A DNA stretch of 64,000 bases from NCBI RefSeq assembly GCF_006345805.1, contig NC_043013.1:16492001-16556000 (forward strand). Reading direction: 5' to 3'. This document shows positions 1-13,755 of this stretch, one piece after another. The stretch comes from Octopus sinensis (lineage: Eukaryota). Below the pieces are notes generated by a model. That model was given only the letters and a program-made list of their open reading frames with translations. It was not told the DNA's origin and did not search any database. Position 1 is the first letter of the stretch, and each line of letters starts with the position of its first letter. Both the position numbers and the translations under genes were made by a program.

Positions 1-1001
1 GCCCCATCATATGACCTTGTAAAACGCTGGCATTGTGAATTCAAACATAGTCGGAACTCTGTGGAAACAGCTCCCAGATCTGGTCGCCCCCTTCTGCCGT
101 TGATGAGACGTCTGTCCGTCAAGTTGAGGCTGCCATTTTGGAAGGTCAACGCATAACTATTCGCCAAATAGCCCATAAGGTCAAGATTAGTACCGGGTCT
201 GTGGAAACTATCATTCATGACCATTTGCATATGCAAAAGGTATCTGCCAGATGGATTTCCAGGTTGCTCACACCTTGCCAGAAGCAAGAACGCGTTGAGT
301 GCTCTAGGATGAATTTGGAGATGTGCCAAGAAGATGAGTCAAAATTTTTCAAAAGACTGATCACACAGGATAAAACCTGGGTCCATCACTATGATCCATA
401 GACCAAAGCCCAGTCAATGCAGTGAAAGCACCGTGACTCACCTCCTCCAAAGAAGGCAAGAGTGCAGCCCTCCGCTGACAAGGTTATGCTCACAGTCTTC
501 TGGGACCAGGACGGAGTAGTGATGACAGATTTCCTGGCAAAGGGTACCACAATTACAAGAGCCTATTATGCTTCACTTTTGAGGAAATTAAGAGAAGCTA
601 TCAAAATCAAGAGGCGGGGCAAGATCAGCAAAGGCATCCTCCTCCTGCAGGACAACGCTCCAGTCCACAACTCGCGTGTCGCCAGATCAGAAGCACAGGC
701 GTGCAGCTATGAACTCCTCCCCTTGAACCCTCTGATTTTCACCTCTTCCCAGCCATGAAGTTGTTTTTTAAAGGAAAGCGTTTCCCAGATGATGCAGCCT
801 TGATTTCTGAAGTCACGTCGTGGTTGGAGGACCAAGCTGGGATCTTCTACAAAAACGGTATCCAGAGCTGTATCAAACGATGGGAGAAATGCATAACTCT
901 AGGTAGTTCCTATGTAGGAAAAGACTAATAACTGTGCCAAGTGTCGTTGCTCTACTGCTATGGGAAGTAGGTCAGGGGCATTACTTATTGAACGCCCCTC
1001 G
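1..1001 (+). mobile_element. Degenerate mariner (Tc1/mariner) transposon, left end outside window
   Basis: ORFs 138-401 and 462-758 give mariner motifs (HTH region, LITQDKTWVHHYDP, KVMLTVFWD, LLQDNAPVH) broken by stops/frameshift; ends in TIR-like ...ttattgaacgcccctcg followed by TA. Confidence 0.9.
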
Positions 1002-1189
1002 TATGTATATATATATATATATTTAAGTAGTTGAATGAATTATCTTATTAAGGATAATTCGAATTAACCGATACCTGGGTAGCAAATTCACATCAGAAAA
1101 AACACGGTTGAAGTTACGTGCCTAGGGCATAGATTACGTGCTTTCGTGTGGGAATTAGTATGTTTATTTTAAAACATACAAATATAAAA

Positions 1190-1258
<69 letters not shown>

Positions 1259-1684
1259 CATGCGTATACATATATATATAGATACATATACATACATACA
1301 AGCGTGTAAGTATGTATGTACGTAAGTTTGTATGCATGTATGTATGTTTGTATGTATGCATGTATGTATGTGAAACAGTACGAAACTATGCTGCTATTTG
1401 AAATTGATATGCGCCGAGGGAATTCAGCGCAACTAGACTGGGTACAATCTTTGGTGACACTCATTATCTAATAAAAATTAGTTATATTTGCGCATACCTG
1501 AAATTTCTTATTGTTTGTTGGTTTTCCTTTTTGATTTTTTTTTTGTTTTGATTTTGATTTTAGAGTGCATCATACATACACGTGCAAACATGTTCTCATG
1601 TAAATACCTACATGCATATATATGAGTGCATTATACCATGCGGAAATACGTATATGCATATACATGTATATATGTGCATATATG

Positions 1685-1783
<99 letters not shown>

Positions 1784-1829
1784 CAGATTCTCTCTATTTT
1801 GTGTTTGTTTGTCCCATAAAAATAAAAGC

Positions 1830-2070
1830 AAGTGATTCAATGGAGGCAACACTAGTTGTGCACAAGCCTATGCCGAACTGCATTGAAGCGAATATTCTCA
1901 CTGGTTGTGGTGAATGTAACATCGCCATCGTTCCTCGCATACCAGTTATAACATCTAATGTCTCATTAAAATTTGAGCCCTTTCAATTTCCTATCCCACT
2001 TTCTTTTGCCATGATCATTTATAAGAGTCAGGGCCAAACACTTACAGCTGTCAGATTGCAGCCAACTTGA
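1830..2070 (+). mobile_element. Helitron-type Pif1 helicase fragment
   Basis: IEANILTG...IVPRIP...QFPIPLSFAMIIYKSQGQTL matches the C-terminal motif of Helitron/Pif1 helicases (PRI...QFP..LxFAMTINKSQGQTL). Confidence 0.75.
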
Positions 2071-3190
2071 AGAACAAACAGAAGTTCGTATATGAAATTC
2101 ATCGTTTTTCTGCTTCAATTATTATGTTTTCTCTTATATAATACACTCATACAAGACTAGTAAACTTAAATCTGACTGACATGACACAGCATTTGTAATT
2201 TCATCGGACTTTACTGTTGCCTTGCTTTCCATGCTTGTAATATAGCGTCGGAATTTCACTACTAACACTGAAAAGACACAGCATTTGTAATTTCATTTCA
2301 CTATTTTTTACTGATATTCCCAATCAAAAAATGTCTACTAAAAAAGGGCCGTCAAAAAACGATCACCAAACAAACGCACGACGTGCAGCACGAAACGAGG
2401 ATGAGACACGCGCAAACCTAAATTTGTAGTCGTAGTCTCACCCTGGTTCAGATTTGAACCTGAATCTTTCAAATCTCCTCGGGCATACGGCTTATTCATA
2501 TGTCAAAAGAAACCATGACAAATGGGTCTTCCACTTAACCCGTGGCCTTCCCAGCGACATCGCACAGTCACCTGGATTCCCTAAAGCTATTCTTCTATAT
2601 GATATAACTATCCTTCTAGCTTCATTCACGATATACCCCCTATTCAAACGCCAAAAGGAAGAGTGACGAATAGATGTTCCACTTGACCTGCAGCCTTTTC
2701 AGTGACATCGCAGTCACCTGGATTCCGTAAAGCTATTCTTCTATATGATATACCCATTTTTCTAGCTTCTCGGTTCTGATATGTGCATTAATAAAACTCA
2801 GTGCCAAACACTAAAAGTTGCTGGACTGCAACTTGAAGAACAAACAGAAGCTTGTATACGAAGTCTATCTTTTTTCTACTTCAATGATTACATGCTTTTC
2901 TCTTATATAATACACACGTACAGGACGAGTAAACCTAAATCTGACTGACAAGACACAGCATCTGTAAATTCACTTCACTATTACTGATATTCCTAATAAA
3001 AAAGATGTCTACTAAAAAAGAAAAAGATCGTCAAAAAGTGAACACCAAACAAACGCACGTCGTGCAATGCTTTTCCTATAGGAACAGTGATGTTCCACTT
3101 GGCCTGTAGCCTGCTCAGTGCCATCGAAGTCATCTGGATTCCGTAAAGCTATTCTTTTATGTGATATTACCCATTTTTCTAGCGTCCCGG
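2050..3190 (+). repeat. Locally duplicated Helitron 3' region
   Basis: 2055-2390 is repeated at 2822-3070; cctggattcc(g)taaagctattctt...ctag occurs three times (~2570, ~2717, ~3134). Confidence 0.6.
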
Positions 3191-3326
3191 CCCAAGAAAC
3201 AGGAAAAGTAATTACCCGATCAACAACAGGTATTACTGTATTACATATATCATACACACTCACACACACATATACATACATACATACATATATATCTATA
3301 TCTATATCTATATCTATATCTATATT

Positions 3327-3381
<55 letters not shown>

Positions 3382-3760
3382 TTAGATATAGATATATGTA
3401 TGTATCTATGTATGTATGTATGTATGTATGAATGTATGCATTTATGTATGTATGTATGTATGTATGTATGTATGTATGTATGTATGTATGTATGTATGTG
3501 TGTGTGTGTATGTATGTGTGTGTGTGAGAGTGTGTATGTATGTATGTGTGAGAGTGTATGTATTTATGTATGTATGTATGTATGTATGTATGTATGTATG
3601 TATGTATGTATGTATGTATGTATGTATGTATGTGTATGTATGTATGTATGTGTGTGTTTGTGAGTGTGTATGATGTATGTATGCATACGAGATACCTATT
3701 TATCCAACACTATTTCCAACCTGAGTTTTTTCAAGAAAAAAGTATTAAATGTATACATGA

Positions 3761-3931
3761 GGTGCAGGAGTGGCTGTGTGGTAAGTAGCTTGCTAACCAA
3801 CCACATGGTTCCGGGTTCAATCCCACTGCGTGGCATCTTGGGCAAGTGTCTTCTGCTATAGCCCCGGGCCGACCAAAGCCTTGTGAGTGGATTTGGTAGA
3901 CGGAAACTGAAAGAAGCCTGGCGTATATATG

Positions 3932-4009
<78 letters not shown>

Positions 4010-4210
4010 TGTGTGTGTGTTTGTCCCCCTAGCATTGCTTGACAACCGATGCTGGTGTGTTTACGTCCCCGTCACTTAGCGGTTCGGCAAAAGAGACCGG
4101 TAGAATAAGTACTGGGCTTACAAAGAATAAGTCCCGGGGTCGACTTGCTCGACTAAAGGTGGTGCTCCAGCATGGCCGCAGTCAAATGACTGAAACAAGT
4201 AAAAGAAAGA
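3761..4210 (+). mobile_element. tRNA-derived SINE, family A
   Basis: Pol III A/B-box-like head (tggctgtgtggtaag...ggttcaatccc), internal (TA)/(GT) tract, A-rich tail; near-identical copies at 11161 and 49812. Confidence 0.85.
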
Positions 4211-4394
4211 AAGAATAAAAGAATGAGTGTGCGTTTATGTATATAAACACATATTTGTGTATGTGAGAGCGGGCCGCCAAACCAACGTCCTAACGAGAAG
4301 TCATCTATGACCGACAAGGGAATCTGCTACACGACGGGGCGCGAGATAACAGCTAGATGTCTGCTGCTAAGATTTTCACTTTGACAGCAGCAGC

Positions 4395-4446
<52 letters not shown>

Positions 4447-4629
4447 AGGCGAGGTCGATTTTACCTTTCAACCTTTCGGGGTCGATAAAATAAGTACCAA
4501 TTGAACATTTCTACAATTTGCTGCAACTATCTTTGGGAATCTACCCTGCAAAGCCTTCTCCTGCCACTCATAACGTTTGTTCTTTTTATTTGGTTTTAAA
4601 CTTCGCTTGGACTTTTGGTATCCCTATGT

Positions 4630-4667
4630 TCTTGTTTCTGCCTGTTTCTATCTGTCTTGTTTACTCT

Positions 4668-4706
<39 letters not shown>

Positions 4707-4895
4707 GATAGAAACAAGGAAAATGCCACTTGTATTTGAACACTATGCAAATATTCTTTTAAAAAACTTTTCTTTCAATTTTTCCAAAATTTAATTCTTT
4801 TCCATAGTTACAGTTGAAAAAGTCTCAATGGCGGTACTGAAATGTTTTTATAAAACTATTTTAGCATTTTCTACCTTGACTTGTTTTTTTTTTTC
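4630..4895 (+). mobile_element. PLE-type terminal repeat relic
   Basis: 4700-4890 is the reverse complement of 7561-7730; contains a deleted copy of the hammerhead-like motif seen at 7610; abuts (TA)n. Confidence 0.55.
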
Positions 4896-5529
4896 ATATA
4901 TATCAACTCGTATGTTCCTTTTCAACCTTCTACATATATATATATATATATATATATACAGACGTCGTATGCTAAAAGGTACTTTATATATGCGAGTGCA
5001 TAAGCAAAGAAAAATAATTCTTGTCGAGAAAATTAACTCGCCTGGCTCTTTTTTATTTCATATTTCAGTTGTAAAATCTCCTTAAACAAGAAGTCAGTCA
5101 ATTTCATTACGTTCATCGATTTTCTAAAACAACAAATCTCCCTATAAATTGTACTTCATCATCCACAACTACGTCTACAACAATATTTTCTAAAGGCTAA
5201 TTTCGTTCTACCTCTACTAAGCCGTGTGACATTTGGCTTTATGAGAGACTTCAATGTTATATTTTGACTTTCATGCATTTCCGAAGATGAAGGAAACTAT
5301 TTCAACACACATTTGTGCAGTGTATGGTTTCCGAGATGTTTTCTATCGTTTATTGGGATTTTATTGGGATAGAGAAGAAGCCAGAACAGCATAGTTGTGA
5401 TTGATCCCACTCATCATCGTTATTGTAACAAGAGATCCTATCTTTGGCACAATTTCAACTAAATAACAGTTGTAAAAATTTCAGTTAAAATTATCACTAT
5501 ATAAAGAAAACACAATTTAACTCGTTACT

Positions 5530-5554
5530 TTATTTCTTTTATTGTCTATTTCAG
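5530..5554 (+). promoter_or_regulatory. 3' splice acceptor of 5'-UTR intron of receptor gene 1
   Basis: Pyrimidine tract + TTTCAG 4 nt before the ATG; an equivalent TTTCAG precedes all six paralogs. Confidence 0.7.
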
Positions 5555-5558
5555 AATT

Positions 5559-6461
5559 ATGGAAGATTTACAAATGACTACAGCCAATAATGACGCTGAC
5601 ACTTCAATCTTCGGGGATGATACCTTCGGGCGGTTGAATATATTTACGTGTGTCTCGATCATTCTAGTTATCCTGACCAATGCATTTCTGATGATCGCCA
5701 TTTTCCTAGATCGTAAATCTCACGGGAAAACGCGCTCTCTATCATTGCTGAACTATATGTTGAACTATGCATTGTTTGCCTTGTTCATTTATTTTCAGAA
5801 TATTCATGTCTATCGTTTCCGAGATTTGCCAACCTCAACTTGTGCATTTTTTGTGATAACTCATTATGTTCTAGAAGAAGGGTCAAAATATTTCTTATTC
5901 CCTATTTGCTGTGATTTTATCGTGAAATATTTTCTTCCAAGCAAATATGAAAGTCAAAAGTTTTTAACTATCCAGTACGCAATGACAGGGATTTTGTGGG
6001 CCTTTCTCTGGGTACTTTATCTGGCAGTGATGCTGACGCTCAAAAAAGAAAATCCATCTAGTTGTTTTATTTACTTTGAGAATAGTTTCACAACAATCAT
6101 TAATATATTTTCAGTATTTGTGATGATAGCATTGTTAGTGTTTATAGGCGTACTGATCTACATTGCCGTTAGAGGTAAACAATGTGAGATGATGAAATCA
6201 CCATTAAGAACTTTAATCGTTGTTCTTATTTTCGTTTTAATTTTTTGTCTTCAAAGAAACTTGTTTGCTTTGAATATTTTCCCACTTTTTAGCGTTCAGA
6301 TGTTCATCAATTATTGGATTACTTTTTTGGTATGCTTCCTGCTTTTGCCGTTTATATGGCTTTTCGACGCCACTATAAGACAGAGTGTACGGAAATTATG
6401 GCCAGGGAAATGTAAAGAATCTACAGATCACCCGTCGCATGAGAAAACTGAACTCAATTAA
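5559..6461 (+). CDS. Divergent class A-like 7TM receptor, paralog 1 (300 aa)
   Basis: Intact ORF with seven hydrophobic helices; N in TM1, Cys at top of TM3 + ECL2 Cys, CCDFIVKYFLPSKY in DRY register, TM4 Trp, TM5 Tyr, LLPFIW + helix-8-like DATIRQSVRKL; homologous to five other ORFs. Confidence 0.92.
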   Translation: MEDLQMTTANNDADTSIFGDDTFGRLNIFTCVSIILVILTNAFLMIAIFLDRKSHGKTRSLSLLNYMLNYALFALFIYFQNIHVYRFRDLPTSTCAFFVITHYVLEEGSKYFLFPICCDFIVKYFLPSKYESQKFLTIQYAMTGILWAFLWVLYLAVMLTLKKENPSSCFIYFENSFTTIINIFSVFVMIALLVFIGVLIYIAVRGKQCEMMKSPLRTLIVVLIFVLIFCLQRNLFALNIFPLFSVQMFINYWITFLVCFLLLPFIWLFDATIRQSVRKLWPGKCKESTDHPSHEKTELN

Positions 6462-6585
6462 TCGTATATAGTGATGTAAAAAGAGCATTGAATCCTCTTT
6501 TCCTCTTACATAGTAGAATAAATCTTGTCTACAATGTATATACACACATACACATACGCATATACACATACATAAATACGTGCAT

Positions 6586-6628
<43 letters not shown>

Positions 6629-6831
6629 AGCAATAATAAATATCAGAGCGAGTTATAAACAGTAGCTACAACACATCGTGACGTATATTTGCCATTTAAA
6701 TATGGCTAACCCCTAAGGGTGGATGCTACTGTAGTCTGTAGCCCCAGGAGGACACCTCCTCCAGCTGGCTATAGACACACTTTCTGCGCCCTCTAATAGG
6801 GCACAGAAAGTGTGTCTATGCAAAATATACG

Positions 6832-6898
<67 letters not shown>

Positions 6899-7156
6899 CA
6901 TATATATATACAAAAAGGGTGAAATATAATTAATTTAATAAAATTAATAAATTTCACCTAGTAGTTTTATCGGTATGAAAAAGACCATATTTGGTAAGGA
7001 TTATATTAATTATAATAAAGGGTTAATTGCAACAAGTTGCTCAAAACCACATACCGAAAATATTAGAAATGGCAGCCAAACAGGTCACCATTTCTCCTAC
7101 TAGTAAAAAAAGTCTCCACAAACAAACAGAATTTGCAACCCGTATATGGTATATGG

Positions 7157-7284
<128 letters not shown>

Positions 7285-7560
7285 TGCACACACACACACA
7301 CATGTACACACACTCACACTATCACAGACGCATGCGTATGTGAGGATAAACATCATAGAAGAGCAGAATGGAATAAGAAGAGTAGGAGCACACACAAACA
7401 CGGAAACTGTCGATGAGGAGGTCACAGATGTGTGACGAAAGATATCCGGACAATTGACATGAGTTAGAATAAGAACAGTAATAAACGAATGCAAAACGAA
7501 TATATAGTGTGTTTATTTGACAAAACAATAACCGTCCCGAAATCCAACAATATATATATG

Positions 7561-7765
7561 GAAAAAAGTCAAGATAGAAAATACTAAAATAATTTTATAA
7601 AAAACATTTCAGTACCGGTTTAAGTCATTGAGACTTTTTCAACTGTAAGTGTGGAAAACAATTAAATTTTGGAAAAATCAAAAAAAGTCTTTTAAAATGA
7701 TATTTGTATAGTGGTATTTTCCTTGTTTCTGCCTGTCTCTGTCTCTCTTGTTTACTCTTGTGGGT
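7561..7765 (-). mobile_element. PLE-type terminal repeat relic with hammerhead-like motif (7610-7645)
   Basis: Minus strand CAG-TTGAAAA-AGTC/GACT-TAAA-CCGG-TA-CTG; lies between (TA)n tracts; inverted homolog at 4700-4890. Confidence 0.55.
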
Positions 7766-7775
7766 TTGAGGTCGT

Positions 7776-7873
<98 letters not shown>

Positions 7874-7897
7874 GAGAATTTTTTTATTAATCATGCC

Positions 7898-7961
<64 letters not shown>

Positions 7962-8489
7962 GAGAATTTTTTATTAATCACGCCAATTGTATATATATAT
8001 ATATATATATATGTTGTTGCTGTATTTAGGAATGGTCATTTTGCCAGTTTAGCCAATAAAAACACATGCACTATATATTTGGTGTTAATTTGCTTCAGCT
8101 TTATTTATTTTTTACAATAACCTTAATCTTATTTCAGCCAGAGTTCCTTCGTCACACTTCTGTGACCTCATCAGTGGTCCTTTGCCTTCTTCTTTCTTAT
8201 TTGTGTGTCTCTCCTTACTAACGGTCAGCCATTTTGTATTTTATATTCCTATTTTATGTGTCTTTATTTGCGCATGCGTATACCTCTATGTGTGTCTATG
8301 TTTAGTTAGTGTGTGGGGGGAGTGCCTGTAATATTTGTATCTCCTGTTTATACACGTTGGTGTAATTTGTTTTTGTTTATTTTGTTCATGTGTGCGGCTG
8401 GGTGGTTGTGCCTGCTTCTGTAGGAAGCTATATGTAGGTGTCAAGGATGTATACGTGTATGAATATCTGTGTCGTGGATGTGTATGTAC

Positions 8490-8539
<50 letters not shown>

Positions 8540-8614
8540 TGTATGTATGTATGTATGTATTATGTAGGTGTATATATATATAACCAAGAAAAAAGCAACA
8601 AGAATGGATTAGTT

Positions 8615-8705
8615 GTTCAGTACAATTGTTTCATACGAAGAACAGCTTTATTAAAAGCTGCAAATATTGCAGCAAATACAAGTGTCCCGTATTCATCAGC
8701 CAAAA
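8615..8705 (-). ncRNA. Hammerhead ribozyme-like motif with extended stem II
   Basis: Minus strand CTGATGA-ATACG...CGTAT-GAAA-CAATTG-TA; palindromic stem III, GUA triplet, weak stem I. Confidence 0.5.
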
Positions 8706-8773
8706 CACATGAGTTTTTCCAAACATCCTAGGGGGTGAGGCTACACTCATGAAGTATCGAAGAGAGTTATATG

Positions 8774-9617
<844 letters not shown>

Positions 9618-9756
9618 GTGTGTGTGTGTGTGTGTATCTGTCTTTATGTATGTGCATGTCTGGATCTACGTATGTATATTTATGTGTATGTATATATATT
9701 TATATATGTACATATATATGTGTGTGTGTATTTGTATATATGGGTGTGTGTTTTTA

Positions 9757-9805
<49 letters not shown>

Positions 9806-10113
9806 TGTGTGTGTGTGTGTATGTGTATGTGTGTGTCTCTGTCTATCTGTCTGTATGTATATGTATGAACATAAAAATACTTTACGATGAATAAGTTTTC
9901 TTTTCTCCTATTTTCTTTTCCTCTAAGTAGTTATGGCAGCGAAAGCTGATTAGGCAATTTCATCTAAACAGGAACTCAAGCATTTCACGTTCGTATTTGA
10001 ATGTAATGTTTTGCGTTCCAGTAATATTATTTGCTTTCATTAATTTTCTAACTTGATGGATATATAACAAGTCAGCCGACAATAAAAATCTGTTGTGAGA
10101 GATATCTTTATCG

Positions 10114-10162
10114 ATGTACCTGATGAGACCCAGACTGATGGGTCGAAACATATATCGTACGT
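10114..10162 (+). ncRNA. Type I minimal hammerhead ribozyme motif
   Basis: Stem I ATGTAC/GTACGT, core CTGATGA, stem II GACCC/GGGTC, GAAA, CATATA-TC; followed directly by AATAAA; one mismatch in stem III. Confidence 0.65.
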
Positions 10163-10199
10163 AATAAAGATTTAATACTTAATCCATCTCCTGTTAATT

Positions 10200-10240
<41 letters not shown>

Positions 10241-10826
10241 TGCTGTAATCCGTATATATAATAACTAAAACTATATAAATCTTCTATAAATGTCATTCAA
10301 ATACAGTGTTTTACATGCAAGCAAGATCAGTATAAAATAATTATCAGTGGCGACTCCGGCACTCGGGCTGTTCGAGCTTAGCTCGAGTATAAATTTAGTA
10401 AAGTGAACGTGTATTATGTAAATGTCAAATATATTATTGATCATGCATAAAACCTTTGCTTTAGTAAATGTTTTTGTTTATTCTCTAATTATACATAGCC
10501 CAGAACTGGAAATAATTAAACTCTCGTATAGCACACATTAATATAAATTGTTCTTTCAGAGAAATAATGGTCGTTGAGAACTCAAAGAAGGAATAATAAT
10601 TTATCACTTAAACACGAGACAGCATATTTAAAAATCTGTGGGCATGGCTAAATGCGATGCTGTGACATTCAATCTGTTCTGAATATAATAAGTGAGACAA
10701 TTAAGCTGAATTGATTGCGTTCTGTAACCTTTCCAGTTGTAAGGATGAATTATCAACTGTTTCAGAGACATGCTTACATATGTGCATACACAAGCACACA
10801 TGCACGCTGACATAGACAGACAGACA

Positions 10827-10876
<50 letters not shown>

Positions 10877-11160
10877 TGCGCACAAACAGACAAAAGAACA
10901 CAGCTCCAATAACGGACAGAGTGAACATCCATTGACAAGTTTGCGAAAGCAACGAAAATTTTGGGCAAGAAAATATAAATTATAAATGAGTAGACATCGA
11001 ACCGGCGAATGTCTTTGATAAGGCATTAAGACAATATCACTCTTCTGACACAACAAAACTTTCTTCACCACACGAATTCACCTAAAGAATCTTACAAACC
11101 AAATACAAAAACGAAGTATGTCATTGTAGATTTCTCAGATATTTACGCAGGAGTGGCATA

Positions 11161-11331
11161 GGCGCAGGAGTGGCTGTGTGGTAAGTAGCTTGTTTACCAA
11201 CCACATGGTTCCGGGTTCAGTCCCACTGCGTGGCATCTTGGGCAATTGTCTTCTGCTATAGCCCCGGGCCGACCAATGCCTTGTAAGTGGATTTGGTAGA
11301 CGGAAACTGAAAGAAGCATGTCGTATATATG

Positions 11332-11366
<35 letters not shown>

Positions 11367-11560
11367 TTGTGTGTCTGTCCCCCAAGCTTGACAACCGATG
11401 CTGGTGTGTCCCCGTCACTTAGCGGTTCGGCAAAAGAGACTGATAGAATAAGTACTGGGCTTACAAAGAATAAGTCCCGGGGTCGATTTGCTCGACTAAA
11501 GGCGGTGCTCCAGCATGGCCGCAGTCAAATGACTGAAACAAGTAAAAGAGTAAAAGAGTA
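11161..11560 (+). mobile_element. tRNA-derived SINE, family A
   Basis: Near-identical to 3761-4210. Confidence 0.85.
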
Positions 11561-12461
11561 AGAGTAAGGAGTTCATAGCGAGACAATAACCAAAATAAGT
11601 TGAAATGACATTGATAAACCCCTTAATATCATTGAGAAATGGATGCACGCCGTTTCGACCAAAATGTAATAGGACATAACAGAAAGAAATATTAAATGCT
11701 AGAAGTAAAATATAGGGTATAGCACCGAAGAGTAAGTAGGAGCGATTAGAAACGGGATAAACCCTGATCAACAGTAGTAAAGTCTATACATCATACGAAG
11801 AATAGAATGATATCTGAAATGTTATAATAGTCTTTGCTTCTTGGAACAGCCTTGGCTCATGCAAATGCCACTCAGTCACTGCCGTACCATTCCTCTGCAA
11901 CCATGTTTTCTATTAACAAATAACGGAAATGTTACACTTCAAATAATACATTTATACATTATATACATTTGTATGCTGGGATGCATTTTCATATAATTGA
12001 CTACCAACAGAGTTATCTGTTGCTTAGTTAATGTCAGGCCGCTCAGGGAACGTCGCGTTGATAATAAAAAATAAAACAGATACTCCATACGTTAATTTAA
12101 AGGGTGGTTACTGAAAAACTATATAAAAACCAGAAAGAACAGTGGTGCCGTTTGATAAGCCAAAATTTCGAAGTGATTCTCAACCTTTTCCATGTAAAAA
12201 TTAATAAATATGTTAAATTCAAATTACGATGAAAGCAAACAAACAAACGAAGTTTCGTTTAGAAGCGTTGATATGTCTTAGAAAGTTGAAGAAGATATTT
12301 TTTTAAATTCCTAAACGTAGGATAATGCTAATAATATAGCCTGAACAGGATAAACTACCCCTATTTTACAGAAAAAGTGTTGGTGCCCGCCAACACATTT
12401 TTCTAATAGATATGTACTTTACTAAACAGCACTGAGTGGTCCTCCATTTTAATGTTATATT

Positions 12462-12834
12462 ATCTATATATATAAAGCTGAAGTTGTCTGTGTGTATGGC
12501 AGGTTTGGTAGACTTCAACTAGCACTATCTCCTCCGAGACCCTGCGACGCAAGTTGACCAAAATTGAGTGTATGATAGAAGGCTTGCTCTTCCTTCCGTG
12601 GAAGAAAAAATTCAAATCGGCCCATGTTAACACCAACAATTATTTACATCAAAAAGGTGCTTTTTTTCTATGAAAATCCCTATTTTTTTACGATTTTTTT
12701 ACTGCTGTGTCGCCATTTTTCGTGTATTTCAACCAGAAAAATGTTCACTTAAAGAGAATAACAAGCTACATAACGCAAAATTTTTACTTTTCAAAAATTC
12801 CAATTCTAAAGCAACGCCGGGCGATACTGCTAGT
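12462..12834 (+). mobile_element. Non-autonomous Helitron-like element
   Basis: Starts A^TCTATATATATAAAG and ends with GC-rich gcaacgccgggcg...gCTAG^T, typical Helitron termini. Confidence 0.6.
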
Positions 12835-12904
12835 TTTTATATACAACTTCACATTCCAAATAATATCAATGAGTGCATATATGTATGTAAATATATACAA
12901 ATAT

Positions 12905-13755
12905 AGGATGTTTGATCAATAAGTATCCAGACTGGTGCTATAAAAACAAAACTACAGCAGGTACCAATTTGGTATTTAATCTCTTTCAAAGTAATCCCCT
13001 TCAGAAACTACACACGTAAGCCAGTGCTGTTTCCTTTGATGGAAGCATTCCTGGAACTCGTTTTCTGGGATAATCAGCAGCTGCATCGTCGCATTCACTT
13101 TGATTTCCTCGACGTCCTGAAATCTTCTTCCTTTCAAGCAGGACTTGATTTTGGGAAAAACGTAAAAGTCACAAGGAGCAAGATTTAGGGGATACGGTGG
13201 TTGTCGGACCTGGGGAATGCTGTGTCTAGCCAAAAAACTGCTGCACAAACTGCGCTGAATGGGCAAGTGCGTTGCAAGCTGAAAGTAGTTTTGACACAAA
13301 CTTGGCAGACACGCGTTTCATACCCAAATCTTCAGTGATAATGAACTGAACCGAACCGTAACTAATCTGCACATCCTCTGATAACTCACAGTTGGTGACT
13401 CGACGATTTGCCCTCACAGCCGCACGCATATCTGCGACGCTTTCCCCGTTCCGTTGGTTGTGGGTCTCTCAGAACGTTCGTCACTATCGATATTTTTTCG
13501 GTTCATATACTCCTCTCCATACACTTGCTGCAACCTTGCGTAGGCTTCTGAACAGATATCGCCAAGCTTTTGGCAAAATTTGACGCAGATTCATGGTCAA
13601 TGCAACAATCACACGCTACAAACCTTCCTTCCAAGCACTGCTGTAAACAGCGGGAGTGAGTTACAACATTAAAACAGAGTTCAGGATCTATCTGTGCCAA
13701 GCGGCTCTATTCTGCGTGCTTTAGCTTCGTTACTATGGCAACAGTCCGGGTACTG
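12905..13755 (-). mobile_element. Internally deleted mariner transposon
   Basis: Minus ORFs give RVTNCELSEDVQISYGSV...RVSAKFV and QPPYPLNLAPCDFYVFPKIKSCLKGRRF...EGDYFE; imperfect TIRs (atccagactggtgctata / tatggcaacagtccgggta). Confidence 0.85.

Noticed and set aside
12030-12452. TTAA-flanked MITE
   Set aside because: Putative TIRs are short and mismatched; not enough support
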